Origin: Candidatus Woesearchaeota archaeon B3_Woes
GTDB taxonomy: Archaea; Nanobdellota; Nanobdellia; Woesearchaeales; B3-WOES
Assembly (NCBI GenBank): GCA_005222965.1
Contig: NJBG01000001.1
Location: 82,323 to 146,322, forward strand
DNA: 64,000 nt
Direction of reading: 5' to 3'
The translations under genes were made by a program, and so were the position numbers. Positions 39,676 to 48,910 of the stretch are shown here, one piece after another. Numbering within the stretch: position 1 is the first letter of the stretch; every line of letters starts with the position of its first letter. The notes under the pieces were generated by a model, which was given only the letters and a program-made list of their open reading frames with translations, made no database searches and had not been told where the DNA came from.

Positions 39676-40578
39676 ATGTCAAAAAAAAGCTTAATTGATA
39701 TACATACACACGTACTTCCAATTGATAATGAAAGAGTATTGCTTGACTTTCTTAGAATATGCTTTAAAGAAAGGTATGATAATATTAACCAATTTCACAC
39801 ACAAAACACATCTTTTACAGAGCAAGACTTAATAAATCAGCTTAGAAATGGGGAAATAGATAAAGCAGTTGTAATGTCAACTGATCATGAAGGTATGCGC
39901 CTAAATGATTTTGTGTTTGAACTAGCACAAAAGTATGATGGCTTGATAATTCCTTCAGTATCTGTAGATCCAACATCAGATAATGCAGTCAAAAAGTTAG
40001 AATACCAATTTAATAGATTATGTATGAATTTTGATGAATACAAACCAATCCTAAAATTTTATCCTCATCGTTGGACTACTTCTCCTTCAGATGTTAATCT
40101 TGATTATTATAGGGTTGTAAGAGATTTTGAAGGTATTATAATTGCTCATACAGGAGCACATCATACATTATCTACTAAAGACAACAGCAAAACAAATCCT
40201 TTGTTCTGGGAGACAGCACTAAATCAAGTGCAAGGTCTTGTGGTTGTAGCATCTCATTGTGGAACACCAAGCCAAGAATATACCAGTTACGAAGAAGAAG
40301 CAATAAGGATGGCTGAAGATCATGAAAATTTCTTTATTGATTTTAGCGGTCTTCAAAGTATATTGCCTAGTGGAAATTATTATGAATTAAGCAGAAGGGC
40401 TTTTGATCTAGCAATTCAATCTATACAAAGAGGAACAGGACTAGAAAAAAAGATAGTTGGTGGAAGTGATTACCCTATTTGTCCAGACATCAATAGGACA
40501 AGATATGAACAGATAGCACTATTAAACAGGATTTTTGATCCTTATGAAAATACAGAAAAACTTATTGCAAGGTCTTAA
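39676..40578 (+). CDS. amidohydrolase family 2 protein
   Basis: IDIHTH, AHTG, SHCG, GSDYP. Confidence 0.85.
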   Translation: MSKKSLIDIHTHVLPIDNERVLLDFLRICFKERYDNINQFHTQNTSFTEQDLINQLRNGEIDKAVVMSTDHEGMRLNDFVFELAQKYDGLIIPSVSVDPTSDNAVKKLEYQFNRLCMNFDEYKPILKFYPHRWTTSPSDVNLDYYRVVRDFEGIIIAHTGAHHTLSTKDNSKTNPLFWETALNQVQGLVVVASHCGTPSQEYTSYEEEAIRMAEDHENFFIDFSGLQSILPSGNYYELSRRAFDLAIQSIQRGTGLEKKIVGGSDYPICPDINRTRYEQIALLNRIFDPYENTEKLIARS

Positions 40579-40772
40579 ACAAAAGATTTATAAATCAAAA
40601 ACTAATTTTTTACGGATTTTTAATGCTCGGACAAAGCCAATTAACCGAAAGATTTATATATAGGTTATATGCTTTGTTTATAAAGTTAATGTCACTATAA
40701 CACATTATCAAGGGGGTTACAAATAACTAAATATCTATTTATATCCCTACTAAACTTAAGGTGGTTTAAAAA

Positions 40773-41693
40773 ATGACCGATAAAATGATTAAAAAATGCC
40801 CTGAATGTGAGAGCATAAACTTATTCTGGAACAGAGAAAAGGGCGAGATTATATGTAAAGATTGTGGATTAGTTATAGAGGATAAAATGGTTGATTTTGG
40901 CCAGGAATGGCGTGAAGGAGAAGACTCTACTGAAAGAAAAGGTAGAACAGGAGCTCCTATGACTTATACTCAATATGATCAAGGGTTAGGTACTGAAATA
41001 GGTACAAGTTCTGATTTATATGGATTAGGTGGAAAAGACAGAAATAAATTCTTTAGATTAAGAAAATGGCAGTATAGAATATCAACTGCTATTGAAAGAA
41101 ACCTTAAACTAGCTCTTGCAGAGCTAAAAAGGGTTGCTTCTTTTTTGAAATTACCAAAATCAGTTGAAGAAGAATCAGCTAGGATATATACATTAGCTGT
41201 TCAAAGAGGATTAGTAAGAGGAAGAAGCATGGAAAGCGTTGTAGCAGGAGCACTATATGCTGCTTGCAGACGTCATGAAGTTCCTAGAACACTGGATGAG
41301 TTATCAGAAGCATCTGGCATTGAGAAGAAGGAAATAGGTAGAACATATAGGTTTGTAACAAGAGAGCTTGGAATTAGTGTTATGCCTTCAAATCCTGCTG
41401 ATTACATTGCTAGATTTGCTTCAAGCCTAAAATTAAGTCCTGAATCACAAAGCCATGCAGTAGAAATATTGCAAAAAGCTCAAAAAATGGAATTAACTTC
41501 TGGAAGAGGACCAACAGGAATAGCTGCAGCAGCTCTATATGTATCTGCATTAATACATGGAGAAAAAAGAACACAGAGAGAAGTAGCAGATGTTGCTGGT
41601 GTTACAGAAGTTACAATTAGAAACAGATACAAAGAGCTTTTAGAAGAGCTTGACTTGGAAAAGGACATAAAGAAAGTTAAGAAAAAGAAATAA
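40773..41693 (+). CDS. tfb: transcription initiation factor IIB
   Basis: CPEC..CKDCG Zn ribbon, EWR, two cyclin repeats, VTEVTIRNRYKEL. Confidence 0.97.
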   Translation: MTDKMIKKCPECESINLFWNREKGEIICKDCGLVIEDKMVDFGQEWREGEDSTERKGRTGAPMTYTQYDQGLGTEIGTSSDLYGLGGKDRNKFFRLRKWQYRISTAIERNLKLALAELKRVASFLKLPKSVEEESARIYTLAVQRGLVRGRSMESVVAGALYAACRRHEVPRTLDELSEASGIEKKEIGRTYRFVTRELGISVMPSNPADYIARFASSLKLSPESQSHAVEILQKAQKMELTSGRGPTGIAAAALYVSALIHGEKRTQREVADVAGVTEVTIRNRYKELLEELDLEKDIKKVKKKK

Positions 41694-41702
41694 TTTTTAT
41701 TT

Positions 41703-42221
41703 CTATTTCTTCTTTTTTAAGAAGTAAAATCTAATTATTGCATCTGATATTACTATAATATAAAAAAATCCTAAACCTAACATTAAACCATTAGGAACAA
41801 CATTTATCTTTTTGAATAATGGAAACAACCAAATAATTGAAACAATACAAAGTATAATCCAAATTACTACAACTCCTAAAGATATTAATCCTTTATAATT
41901 AAATTTTTTTGTAGAATAATTCCAAAGTTCAATATTGAATTTTAATAAAATTAATCCTGTTGTAAATTCTAAAAGTGTTAATATTAGTGTTGAGATGAGA
42001 ATCATAAGTATTAAATTTATATTTATTAAAAAAATTAAATAAACCAATACTGCTCCAAATCCAAAAATTGGTAGGTAAGGTCCTTTTAGAAATCCTGGAT
42101 TGAGATTTTTATTTTTACTTATAAAGTTTCTATAAAATAATTCTCCAACCCAACCAGCAATTGAGAAAATTGCGAATAACAATAATAATTTACTTATTAA
42201 AAGCTCGCCAAACATAAGCAT
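41703..42221 (-). CDS. putative ABC transporter permease-like membrane protein (CmpB/DUF1113 type)
   Basis: GWVGE, NPGFLKGPYLPIFGFG, LWNYS..FNYKG. Confidence 0.75.
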   Translation of the reverse strand: MLMFGELLISKLLLLFAIFSIAGWVGELFYRNFISKNKNLNPGFLKGPYLPIFGFGAVLVYLIFLININLILMILISTLILTLLEFTTGLILLKFNIELWNYSTKKFNYKGLISLGVVVIWIILCIVSIIWLFPLFKKINVVPNGLMLGLGFFYIIVISDAIIRFYFLKKKK

Positions 42222-42532
42222 TTAAATAAGTTGAATCCTATAAAAAGTTTTTGATTAAATTTTTTTATTTTATTATTTTTTATTTCTATTCCTTCTTTCT
42301 TAAGCATTTGAACTTTTTTCTTAGTTCCAGAAGCAAAACCACCAACTTCACCATTTGATTTAACAACTCTGTGGCATGGAACTTTAGGAGAGTAAGGATT
42401 TTTATTCATTGCATTTCCAACAGCCCTATAAGCTTTTGTGCCTAATTTCTCAGCAACAGCTTTGTAAGTAGTAACTCTACCTCTAGGAACTTTTGATACT
42501 ATTTTCCAAACCCTTTCATTAAATCCTCCCAT
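42197..42532 (-). CDS. ogt: methylated-DNA--protein-cysteine methyltransferase
   Basis: VPRGRVTTY, RAVGNA, PCHRVV. Confidence 0.9.
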   Translation of the reverse strand: MGGFNERVWKIVSKVPRGRVTTYKAVAEKLGTKAYRAVGNAMNKNPYSPKVPCHRVVKSNGEVGGFASGTKKKVQMLKKEGIEIKNNKIKKFNQKLFIGFNLFKCLCLASF

Positions 42533-42585
42533 ATTCTATAATTACAAATAGAACTTTATATATTTTATCTTCTCGTAATGATTTA

Positions 42586-42613
42586 ACTTCGTTTAATAGG
42601 TGTTATGTGCAAT
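42586..42613 (+). repeat. dif-like site ACTTCGTTTAA-TAGGTG-TTATGTGCAAT
   Basis: First 20 nt identical to sites at 15958 and 21804; overlaps stop codon of 42593-43072. Confidence 0.88.
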
Positions 42614-43072
42614 ATTACTCGGTGCTCCAGAAATTATTTTTTCTTCTAAAGATTTTTTTGAACTGAATGGATTTATTTTAGCAACGAGATTTTTTACTTT
42701 TTCTGAAGAGGATAATCTTCCTAATAAAAATGCTGTCGCTGAACCTGCCCAAAAAGCTAATATATCTTTTGTATCATAAGTGCCAGGCCATAAATGAGCT
42801 TTTTGAAGTAATTCAAATGCAGTCCAAGCGCTTGCATAATATACTGCTCCCAATAATTGTCCTTTAATATCGTTAGGATCTTTATTACTATTGCCCCACG
42901 CAGTCATAGCTAAGGTGGCACCATAATCGCCAAGATTTCCTCCAATAAAACCATTATCCATTATACCTTTTCCAACTAGATACTGCGCTGTATAATGGAC
43001 TGGAAAAGAAGCTACACCTATCACTGCTGTAATATTGTTTACTGTTCTATAAAGTGAGTTTTCTTGATCCAT
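42593..43072 (-). CDS. hypothetical membrane protein
   Basis: Hydrophobic segments, FELLQ...GTYDTKDILA (VanZ-like pattern). Confidence 0.6.
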   Translation of the reverse strand: MDQENSLYRTVNNITAVIGVASFPVHYTAQYLVGKGIMDNGFIGGNLGDYGATLAMTAWGNSNKDPNDIKGQLLGAVYYASAWTAFELLQKAHLWPGTYDTKDILAFWAGSATAFLLGRLSSSEKVKNLVAKINPFSSKKSLEEKIISGAPSNIAHNTY

Positions 43073-43158
43073 ATATCTTAAGTAAAAAATCTCTTTTTAT
43101 AAATATTTCGTTTTTGTTACCACTTATTAATTAATATAAAAATAATCCACAATTAAAC

Positions 43159-43845
43159 TTATTTTTTATTAATTTCATCTAGTATTTTTTCAAAATGTTC
43201 TTTTGTTTGCTCTCTTTTATACAACTTTGCCAAAGCAATAAGCTTGTCCTGATCAATCTTTATATCATATTCTGCTAAAAATTCTCTCAAGCGCATTAAA
43301 AAAACAACAAACTGTGTTACATTCTTACCATAATCAACAATATGACATCTTTCAAAATCAAGCAAAGTTACTTTTTGCTTTTTATCAACAATAATGTGTT
43401 TTAATGGATGATGCATTTCCTCTTTATCAACATTCATCCCATCCATAACATAACACTGATCTAAAACATTTTGAATAATTTTAAGAATTATTTTTTTACT
43501 TTCTTTATTTTTCTTTAAACCCCTATAAAAATTATTTGAATTTTTCTGGGCACCAAAAAACCTTTTAGGTTTTTTTAGTGCTTTAGCATAATCAATAAAA
43601 AATTCTCCGTCAACAAAATAATAAAAAAAATAATCTTTTGTTGCTTTGATTAATTTAGGACCAACACCTTTTTTATTTAATCTTTTTATCCACTTTCCTT
43701 CATTCTCAATTCTTCCTTCTGCTTTGCTTTCAGGCAATTTTGCTTTAATTACAACCTTTTTACCTTTGTATTCACCAGTATAAAGAATTCCTCTATGACC
43801 TTTTGTAAAATACTTAATATTTTTTACATCTTTTACATCTAACAT
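43159..43845 (-). CDS. RIO-like serine/threonine kinase family protein
   Basis: KGHRG, VVIK, GVGPKL, LLDFE; contains in-frame hairpin insert. Confidence 0.75.
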   Translation of the reverse strand: MLDVKDVKNIKYFTKGHRGILYTGEYKGKKVVIKAKLPESKAEGRIENEGKWIKRLNKKGVGPKLIKATKDYFFYYFVDGEFFIDYAKALKKPKRFFGAQKNSNNFYRGLKKNKESKKIILKIIQNVLDQCYVMDGMNVDKEEMHHPLKHIIVDKKQKVTLLDFERCHIVDYGKNVTQFVVFLMRLREFLAEYDIKIDQDKLIALAKLYKREQTKEHFEKILDEINKK

Positions 43846-44462
43846 TTTGTAATATAGTAAACATATAAATCTTCAAAAAATATATGTTTTTTCTCTAATT
43901 CAATAAATCTTAATTTATTTTTATCAATTAAATCATTTATTTTCTTTTTGTTTGTAAAAGAGCTGAACAAAAGCAATACTCGACCCTCTTTTTTAAGATA
44001 ATTTGAAACTTCATTAAGAAACCTTTCAATTATTTCATAACCTTTTTTTCCACCCTCTGTTCTAATATCTCTTTTTTTCAATTCTTGAGGTAAATAAGGT
44101 GGATTAAAAACAATCAAATCAAATTTTATTTGTTTTTTAACTAATGTTTGAAGTTTTTCTCTGTCCTTAACCTTTTTCTTATCATAAATTTCTAATTTTT
44201 TATCAACTTTATCATAAAAAAAGAAATTATCTTCAAATATCTGAAATAAATTGCTCTTAAAAAAATAAATTCCATTAATATTTTTTTTACAATACTTAAC
44301 AACATTTTTGTTAATATCCAAGCCAATAACCAAATTAGCTTTTAAAGATGCTTCTTTTGCTAAAATTCCAGAACCAGTTCCAACATCTAATACTAATCCT
44401 TTAGAATATTTCTTAACAAACTTTTGCAGTAAAAAAGAATCCTCGCTAGGTTCATATATCAT
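43839..44462 (-). CDS. HemK2/MTQ2 protein methyltransferase
   Basis: IYEPSEDSFLL, LDVGTGSG, FNPPY. Confidence 0.9.
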   Translation of the reverse strand: MIYEPSEDSFLLQKFVKKYSKGLVLDVGTGSGILAKEASLKANLVIGLDINKNVVKYCKKNINGIYFFKSNLFQIFEDNFFFYDKVDKKLEIYDKKKVKDREKLQTLVKKQIKFDLIVFNPPYLPQELKKRDIRTEGGKKGYEIIERFLNEVSNYLKKEGRVLLLFSSFTNKKKINDLIDKNKLRFIELEKKHIFFEDLYVYYITKC

Positions 44463-44494
44463 AAAGTATAAGAAATAATTTTAATTATATAAAT

Positions 44495-44740
44495 TTAGTG
44501 CTTTAACTTCTTTTCTTTTAAAGCTACTAAGTGCATTAACTTTAACAATTTTATTTCCTGTTTTAGATCTTCTATTTCAGATCTTAAATCTGTTACTAAC
44601 TCATAATTGTGCTGTATATTTCCTGTATTCTCAACAACAGTATCAGGAACATTAGTTAGTTGTTCTACTTTAGAATTCATCTCTCTTACCCAATCATCTG
44701 TGTTTTGTCTTAACTCTTCTAATGTAAGTCCTGTCATCAA
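44495..44740 (-). CDS. coiled-coil hypothetical protein
   Basis: 81-aa ORF, GAGGTG RBS. Confidence 0.55.
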   Translation of the reverse strand: MMTGLTLEELRQNTDDWVREMNSKVEQLTNVPDTVVENTGNIQHNYELVTDLRSEIEDLKQEIKLLKLMHLVALKEKKLKH

Positions 44741-44761
44741 TACACCTCTTTTTATAGACTA

Positions 44762-44779
44762 GTATACATATATGTATAC
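44762..44779. promoter_or_regulatory. 18-bp perfect palindrome GTATACATATATGTATAC, putative operator
   Basis: Lies between TATA box and RBS of 44495-44740. Confidence 0.45.
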
Positions 44780-44806
44780 ACTTATATATAAATGTTTTGT
44801 TTTAGA

Positions 44807-44834
44807 GAACCATTAAATTCCTGTTATGCTCTTT
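44807..44834 (+). repeat. degenerate dif-like site GAACCATTAAA-TTCCTG-TTATGCTCTTT
   Basis: Right arm shares TGTTATGCTC with inverted site at 45608-45635. Confidence 0.45.
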
Positions 44835-44948
44835 GACCACACAAAATATGGTCAAACTTCATCCGAAGAGCTTTTGAGAACGCTGTCTTCAAGGGCGAAG
44901 TAAAATCAAACATATGCATTAAGGGGCAAAACCAATAACTTTATATAA

Positions 44949-45596
44949 TTGTTATTACTATTTAGTTACAATATGCCAGAAGTAATAGGAGTTTTGCACT
45001 TGGATAGAAATTTAGATAGATTAATTGAAACAATTGATTTAGATTTTGGTGTCCCTAAATCACTTATGCTTGAATTACCGACAGATTGGAGAGATTATAG
45101 GGATGGATTAATAACAGATGGATATTTTCATAGATTGGCATCTGAATATGAAAAGAGAGGGACAAGAATAATTGCTGGAGATAATAATCGATATATCATT
45201 GAACCCCACCTTTCGGAATGGTTTTTAGATTTTGAAGAAAGAGTGAGAAATGGAGAATGGAATCCAGACACTTTAAAAGATTGGTCAAAGGGAGTGATTG
45301 GGTTTATTGGTGAGATGTCAAGATATAACTCTTTATTAAATTGGAACCAATTGTTTCCTTCAAAACATAGAATCAGAAATCATGGATTTCTAGAAGTCTA
45401 TGATGAATGCAAACCTGAATTGACTGTAGTTGGGTGTGTTCATGGAAAGCATTTGAAGAATCAGAGACCAGATGTTAATTATACCTTTTTTATGACTGAT
45501 AGTTTAATTGAGCGTATGGCTTTTCCAGTTCACTATTATCTATTGGGTTCAGCAAAAGCAGATTCTTATAAGGTTTTGCCTAGTTCTAGTTCTTAG
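44949..45596 (+). CDS. hypothetical protein
   Basis: ORF of about 207-215 aa; LELP...VVGCVH pattern weakly TraB/EreA-like. Confidence 0.6.
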   Translation: MLLLFSYNMPEVIGVLHLDRNLDRLIETIDLDFGVPKSLMLELPTDWRDYRDGLITDGYFHRLASEYEKRGTRIIAGDNNRYIIEPHLSEWFLDFEERVRNGEWNPDTLKDWSKGVIGFIGEMSRYNSLLNWNQLFPSKHRIRNHGFLEVYDECKPELTVVGCVHGKHLKNQRPDVNYTFFMTDSLIERMAFPVHYYLLGSAKADSYKVLPSSSS

Positions 45597-45607
45597 CATT
45601 CTCAAAA

Positions 45608-45635
45608 ATTGAGCATAACATCTATTAAGCGAGAT
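45608..45635 (-). repeat. dif-like site ATCTCGCTTAA-TAGATG-TTATGCTCAAT (minus strand)
   Basis: 11-6-11 match to consensus of 15958/21804/42586. Confidence 0.8.
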
Positions 45636-45668
45636 AGATATTTGTTTTTAACACTTTTTGGCTTTGTT

Positions 45669-46238
45669 TTAGAATCGGTCTGTAATTTTATCTAATCTAT
45701 ATGTTTCACTAAACTTGGCTTGTTTTAACTGCGCACTTTTATTAATTAATTTCTGTAAATAAGAAGCTATTTCATTTGGTTTATCAACGTAATTTAATTT
45801 AATTTCTTTTTCTTTTAAACCACTTAACTCAAATACAACACTGCCAAAATTTAGAATACTTTTAAATATTCCATTCTTATTTGGAGTAATTCTTTGAATA
45901 TTCTGAAAAGGAATAACCATTGGACTAGATACAAAACCCTTCATAATTGTAATATTATCATTATAAACATTATATCTCACACCTCTAAATGAAAGATAAT
46001 TTGATCCGCCCAATAAAAGAGCTAAGCCTAAAGTACCACCAAAAAAGTAATATACTAAACCAGAAGGTATAGAAACTTCAACATCAAAAGCTTCAAAAGG
46101 AATAAGAAACATTTCAAAACCAATAGTATATTTCAAAATAAGAAATAACCCTCCTAAAACAATAGCTATGGAAATAACTTTTAAGAAATTAAGGAAAAAA
46201 ACCTTTGTAGCGTTTGGCTTTAGAACATTTTCAGACAT
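45669..46238 (-). CDS. membrane protein with bacterial PH (bPH_2) domain
   Basis: Two TM helices then IPFQNIQRI....GIFKSILNFGSV. Confidence 0.75.
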   Translation of the reverse strand: MSENVLKPNATKVFFLNFLKVISIAIVLGGLFLILKYTIGFEMFLIPFEAFDVEVSIPSGLVYYFFGGTLGLALLLGGSNYLSFRGVRYNVYNDNITIMKGFVSSPMVIPFQNIQRITPNKNGIFKSILNFGSVVFELSGLKEKEIKLNYVDKPNEIASYLQKLINKSAQLKQAKFSETYRLDKITDRF

Positions 46239-46317
46239 ATTAATTATGAAATTTTGTTATTTAAATACTTATTGAATTTAAGATAAATATAAAAACTAGT
46301 TATATTTCTATGATAAT

Positions 46318-46656
46318 ATGAAACAAGTTATACTAGTGCGTAAAGATTTAAAATTACCAAAAGGAAAATTAGCAGCTCAAGTTAGCCATGCCTCTGTTGG
46401 TGCTTTACTAAAAAGCCATAAAGATGACATCTCTAAATGGAGGAACCAAGGCATGAAAAAAGTTATTCTAAAAGTTGCTGATGAAAAAGAGTTATTTAAG
46501 TTTAAACAACTAGCAGAAGACAATGGATTAACAGCAGAATTAATAACTGATGCTGGAAAAACAGTTGTTGAACCAGGAACAATAACCTGTTTAGGAATCG
46601 GACCTGATAAAGAAGAAAAAATCGACAAAATAACAGGAAGCCTGAAAATGGTTTAA
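46318..46656 (+). CDS. pth2: peptidyl-tRNA hydrolase 2
   Basis: GKLAAQVSHA, KKVILKV, DAGKT, GIGP. Confidence 0.95.
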   Translation: MKQVILVRKDLKLPKGKLAAQVSHASVGALLKSHKDDISKWRNQGMKKVILKVADEKELFKFKQLAEDNGLTAELITDAGKTVVEPGTITCLGIGPDKEEKIDKITGSLKMV

Positions 46657-46743
46657 ACATGTTAATTTTAGTAAAGTTTATATATAAAACTTGATATTAT
46701 TAAAATAATAAGCTTATTGACTAGTTAATGAGGTGAAAAAAGT

Positions 46744-47052
46744 ATGAAAATAGGATATGTAATAATGGCTTTAATAACCCTTCTTTTAATTGTTGGGTGT
46801 AAAACCAAAGTTGAAGAGGCACCAGTAGCACCAGTTGTTGAAGAAGTTGTTGAAGAGGCACCTGTAGAACCTGAAAAACCTTCAGACCAATATAATATAG
46901 ACACAAGCGGTATGAGTGAAGAAAATTTAGCAGAACTTCAAAGATTAAAAGATGCTTGTGATAGGGGAAGTGCAAAACTCTGTACTGTATTAGCAAGAAG
47001 GGAAGCAGAACTTGGTGTTCAAGCTGCAGATGTTCTACCAGCTACAGAATAA
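46744..47052 (+). CDS. putative lipoprotein
   Basis: IVGC lipobox, E/P-rich linker, GAGGTG RBS. Confidence 0.65.
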   Translation: MKIGYVIMALITLLLIVGCKTKVEEAPVAPVVEEVVEEAPVEPEKPSDQYNIDTSGMSEENLAELQRLKDACDRGSAKLCTVLARREAELGVQAADVLPATE

Positions 47053-47053
47053 A

Positions 47054-48082
47054 TTATTTTTTAATTAATTTTATTATTTCTTTTTTATTTATATTTAATC
47101 TTAAAGAATTCTCCCTAAAGTGTGTTTCACTAACCTTAAATTTTTTCTTCTTAATCTTATTCATTAAATCATTTTTCTTTGGTAAAACCTTAATTTTATT
47201 TCTTTTAGCTAATTTAGTTATATCATAAAAACCAACTTCATCAATCTTTGATTCTTCTTTAATAATCTTTAAAATTTTCTTATTTTCCTCTATTTTATTA
47301 TTTTTTCCCATCAAAACAACTAACTTTTTATCCCATAATGATCCTAGCCATATAGGTCCAGAATTCTCATAATAACCGTGCAGTTTAATAATCTCATCAA
47401 CCTTTTTCTTTCCTTTTTCACATCTGAAAAAAATTCTAAAATAATGGTCTTTTGAATAAGAAAAAATTGGTGTTAAAGCCTTATCAAACTGTGTTCCAAT
47501 CAATTGTATCTTTCTTATCAGAATTCTTAAACCAAACTCATGCATTAACTCATTTTTCAAAGGTTTTGCCCAATACTTTCTTTTACAGGCATTTGTATAA
47601 GTCCCAGTCAAAGCAGCAGTATCAGTAGCAGTCACAGCTAATATACCCTCCCTAGATAAGCGCATTATAGAATTATTCAAAAAATGATTAGGACTTCCAA
47701 AAGGATCTATATCAATATAATCGAAACCAGAAGAATTCAATAAAAATAAGTTAGCATCTTGATTAAAAACATTCGCTTTAGAAATTTTATTTAGTTTTAG
47801 ATTTTTTTTAATCAATTTAAATGCATTTTCGCTGTTATCATTAAAGCTTATTGACTTTATTTTTCCCTTTTTTAACTCTTTAATCAATCTTATTCCTCTT
47901 ATTCCTGTTCCAGATAATGGCAAAGCCATCTGCATATCTTTTTTATTAATACAATTTAACAATAAAACAGAAATATCCCTGTTAAATTTCATAATAGGAT
48001 TATAAAATACAGGAAGTTTTTTAGAAATTTTTCCTTTTGAAACAATTGCTTTGGCTTTTCCTTCTGTTATTGTTGTATACAT
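47054..48082 (-). CDS. trm1: tRNA (guanine-26-N2)-dimethyltransferase
   Basis: VFYNPIMKFNRD, IDIDPFGSP, VTATDTA, GPIWLG. Confidence 0.93.
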   Translation of the reverse strand: MYTTITEGKAKAIVSKGKISKKLPVFYNPIMKFNRDISVLLLNCINKKDMQMALPLSGTGIRGIRLIKELKKGKIKSISFNDNSENAFKLIKKNLKLNKISKANVFNQDANLFLLNSSGFDYIDIDPFGSPNHFLNNSIMRLSREGILAVTATDTAALTGTYTNACKRKYWAKPLKNELMHEFGLRILIRKIQLIGTQFDKALTPIFSYSKDHYFRIFFRCEKGKKKVDEIIKLHGYYENSGPIWLGSLWDKKLVVLMGKNNKIEENKKILKIIKEESKIDEVGFYDITKLAKRNKIKVLPKKNDLMNKIKKKKFKVSETHFRENSLRLNINKKEIIKLIKK

Positions 48083-48121
48083 CTCTAAAATAAATAAGAT
48101 TATAAGATATAAATGTTTGGG

Positions 48122-48865
48122 TCACAATTTAGAATCTTTCCATAAAACATCAAAAAACTGTTTATAGGAATTTGCAACTTCTTTACTTCTTATTAATGTG
48201 GCTATTGGTTGATCAGACCACACAATTATAGCAACTTTATCTCCATAAACCCAGGTTGTAGCGGGTGTTTCATACATATTAGAACTAAATTTTATTTTTG
48301 TTATTAGAAATTTGGCTTTAGATTTCTTAGATCTAATCTTTTCATTATAGATTATTTTCATAAGGATTTTTGATTTTCCTCTTCTCATATGCCATTGTTC
48401 AGCATAATGGGTAAATAATTCAACAAATTTTCCTTCAGCACCAAACACTAAAAGTTCCTTTTTTGTCTTTAGTACATCTTCTGCAACTGATTTCAATCCT
48501 TTTTTTCCTTTGTATATTGTTGCTTCTTGAGGTTCTTTACTTAATTGTCTTTTAAGTTCCAACTCAGGGAGTATAGAGTGTATCAATTTCTTTTTTCTTT
48601 TCAACTCATTCTCTTTTTCATCAAGATATTTGATTATTCTATCTGGAGTATCTGCTTCAAAATATTTTCTATTAGATTGTATTACATAACTCACTATACC
48701 TTTTTCAATTAATCTTTCCAAAGCATCATAAACATTAGTTCTGTTTACGCCTGACTTTTTTGTAATCTCTCCAGCCATTGCAGAACCCAATTCTAACAAT
48801 GACAAATATACTTTTGCTTCATTTCCAGAAAGCCCTACTTGTTCAAGTGCTATTTTTTCATTCAT
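48122..48865 (-). CDS. TrmB family transcriptional regulator
   Basis: GLSGNEAKVYLSLL, RTNVYDALERLIEKG, C-terminal YGDKVAI effector domain. Confidence 0.9.
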   Translation of the reverse strand: MNEKIALEQVGLSGNEAKVYLSLLELGSAMAGEITKKSGVNRTNVYDALERLIEKGIVSYVIQSNRKYFEADTPDRIIKYLDEKENELKRKKKLIHSILPELELKRQLSKEPQEATIYKGKKGLKSVAEDVLKTKKELLVFGAEGKFVELFTHYAEQWHMRRGKSKILMKIIYNEKIRSKKSKAKFLITKIKFSSNMYETPATTWVYGDKVAIIVWSDQPIATLIRSKEVANSYKQFFDVLWKDSKL

Positions 48866-48910
48866 AACGCATTAAAGAGTTATTAGTATATAAACTTTAC
48901 TATTGTTGTA

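Noticed and set aside
42603..42613. Link between dif-like arm TTATGTGCAAT and transposon TIR core TTATGTGCAA
   Set aside because: 10-bp match in AT-rich DNA; the transposon copies lack the 6-bp spacer and left arm, so treated as coincidence.
43513..43585. CTTTA direct repeat as TSD of the kinase hairpin insert
   Set aside because: The copies are 68 nt apart, so exact removal would shift the frame.
15863..45635. CRISPR array from the recurring 28-50-bp repeats
   Set aside because: Copies are kilobases apart with no regular spacers, and there are no cas genes in the window.
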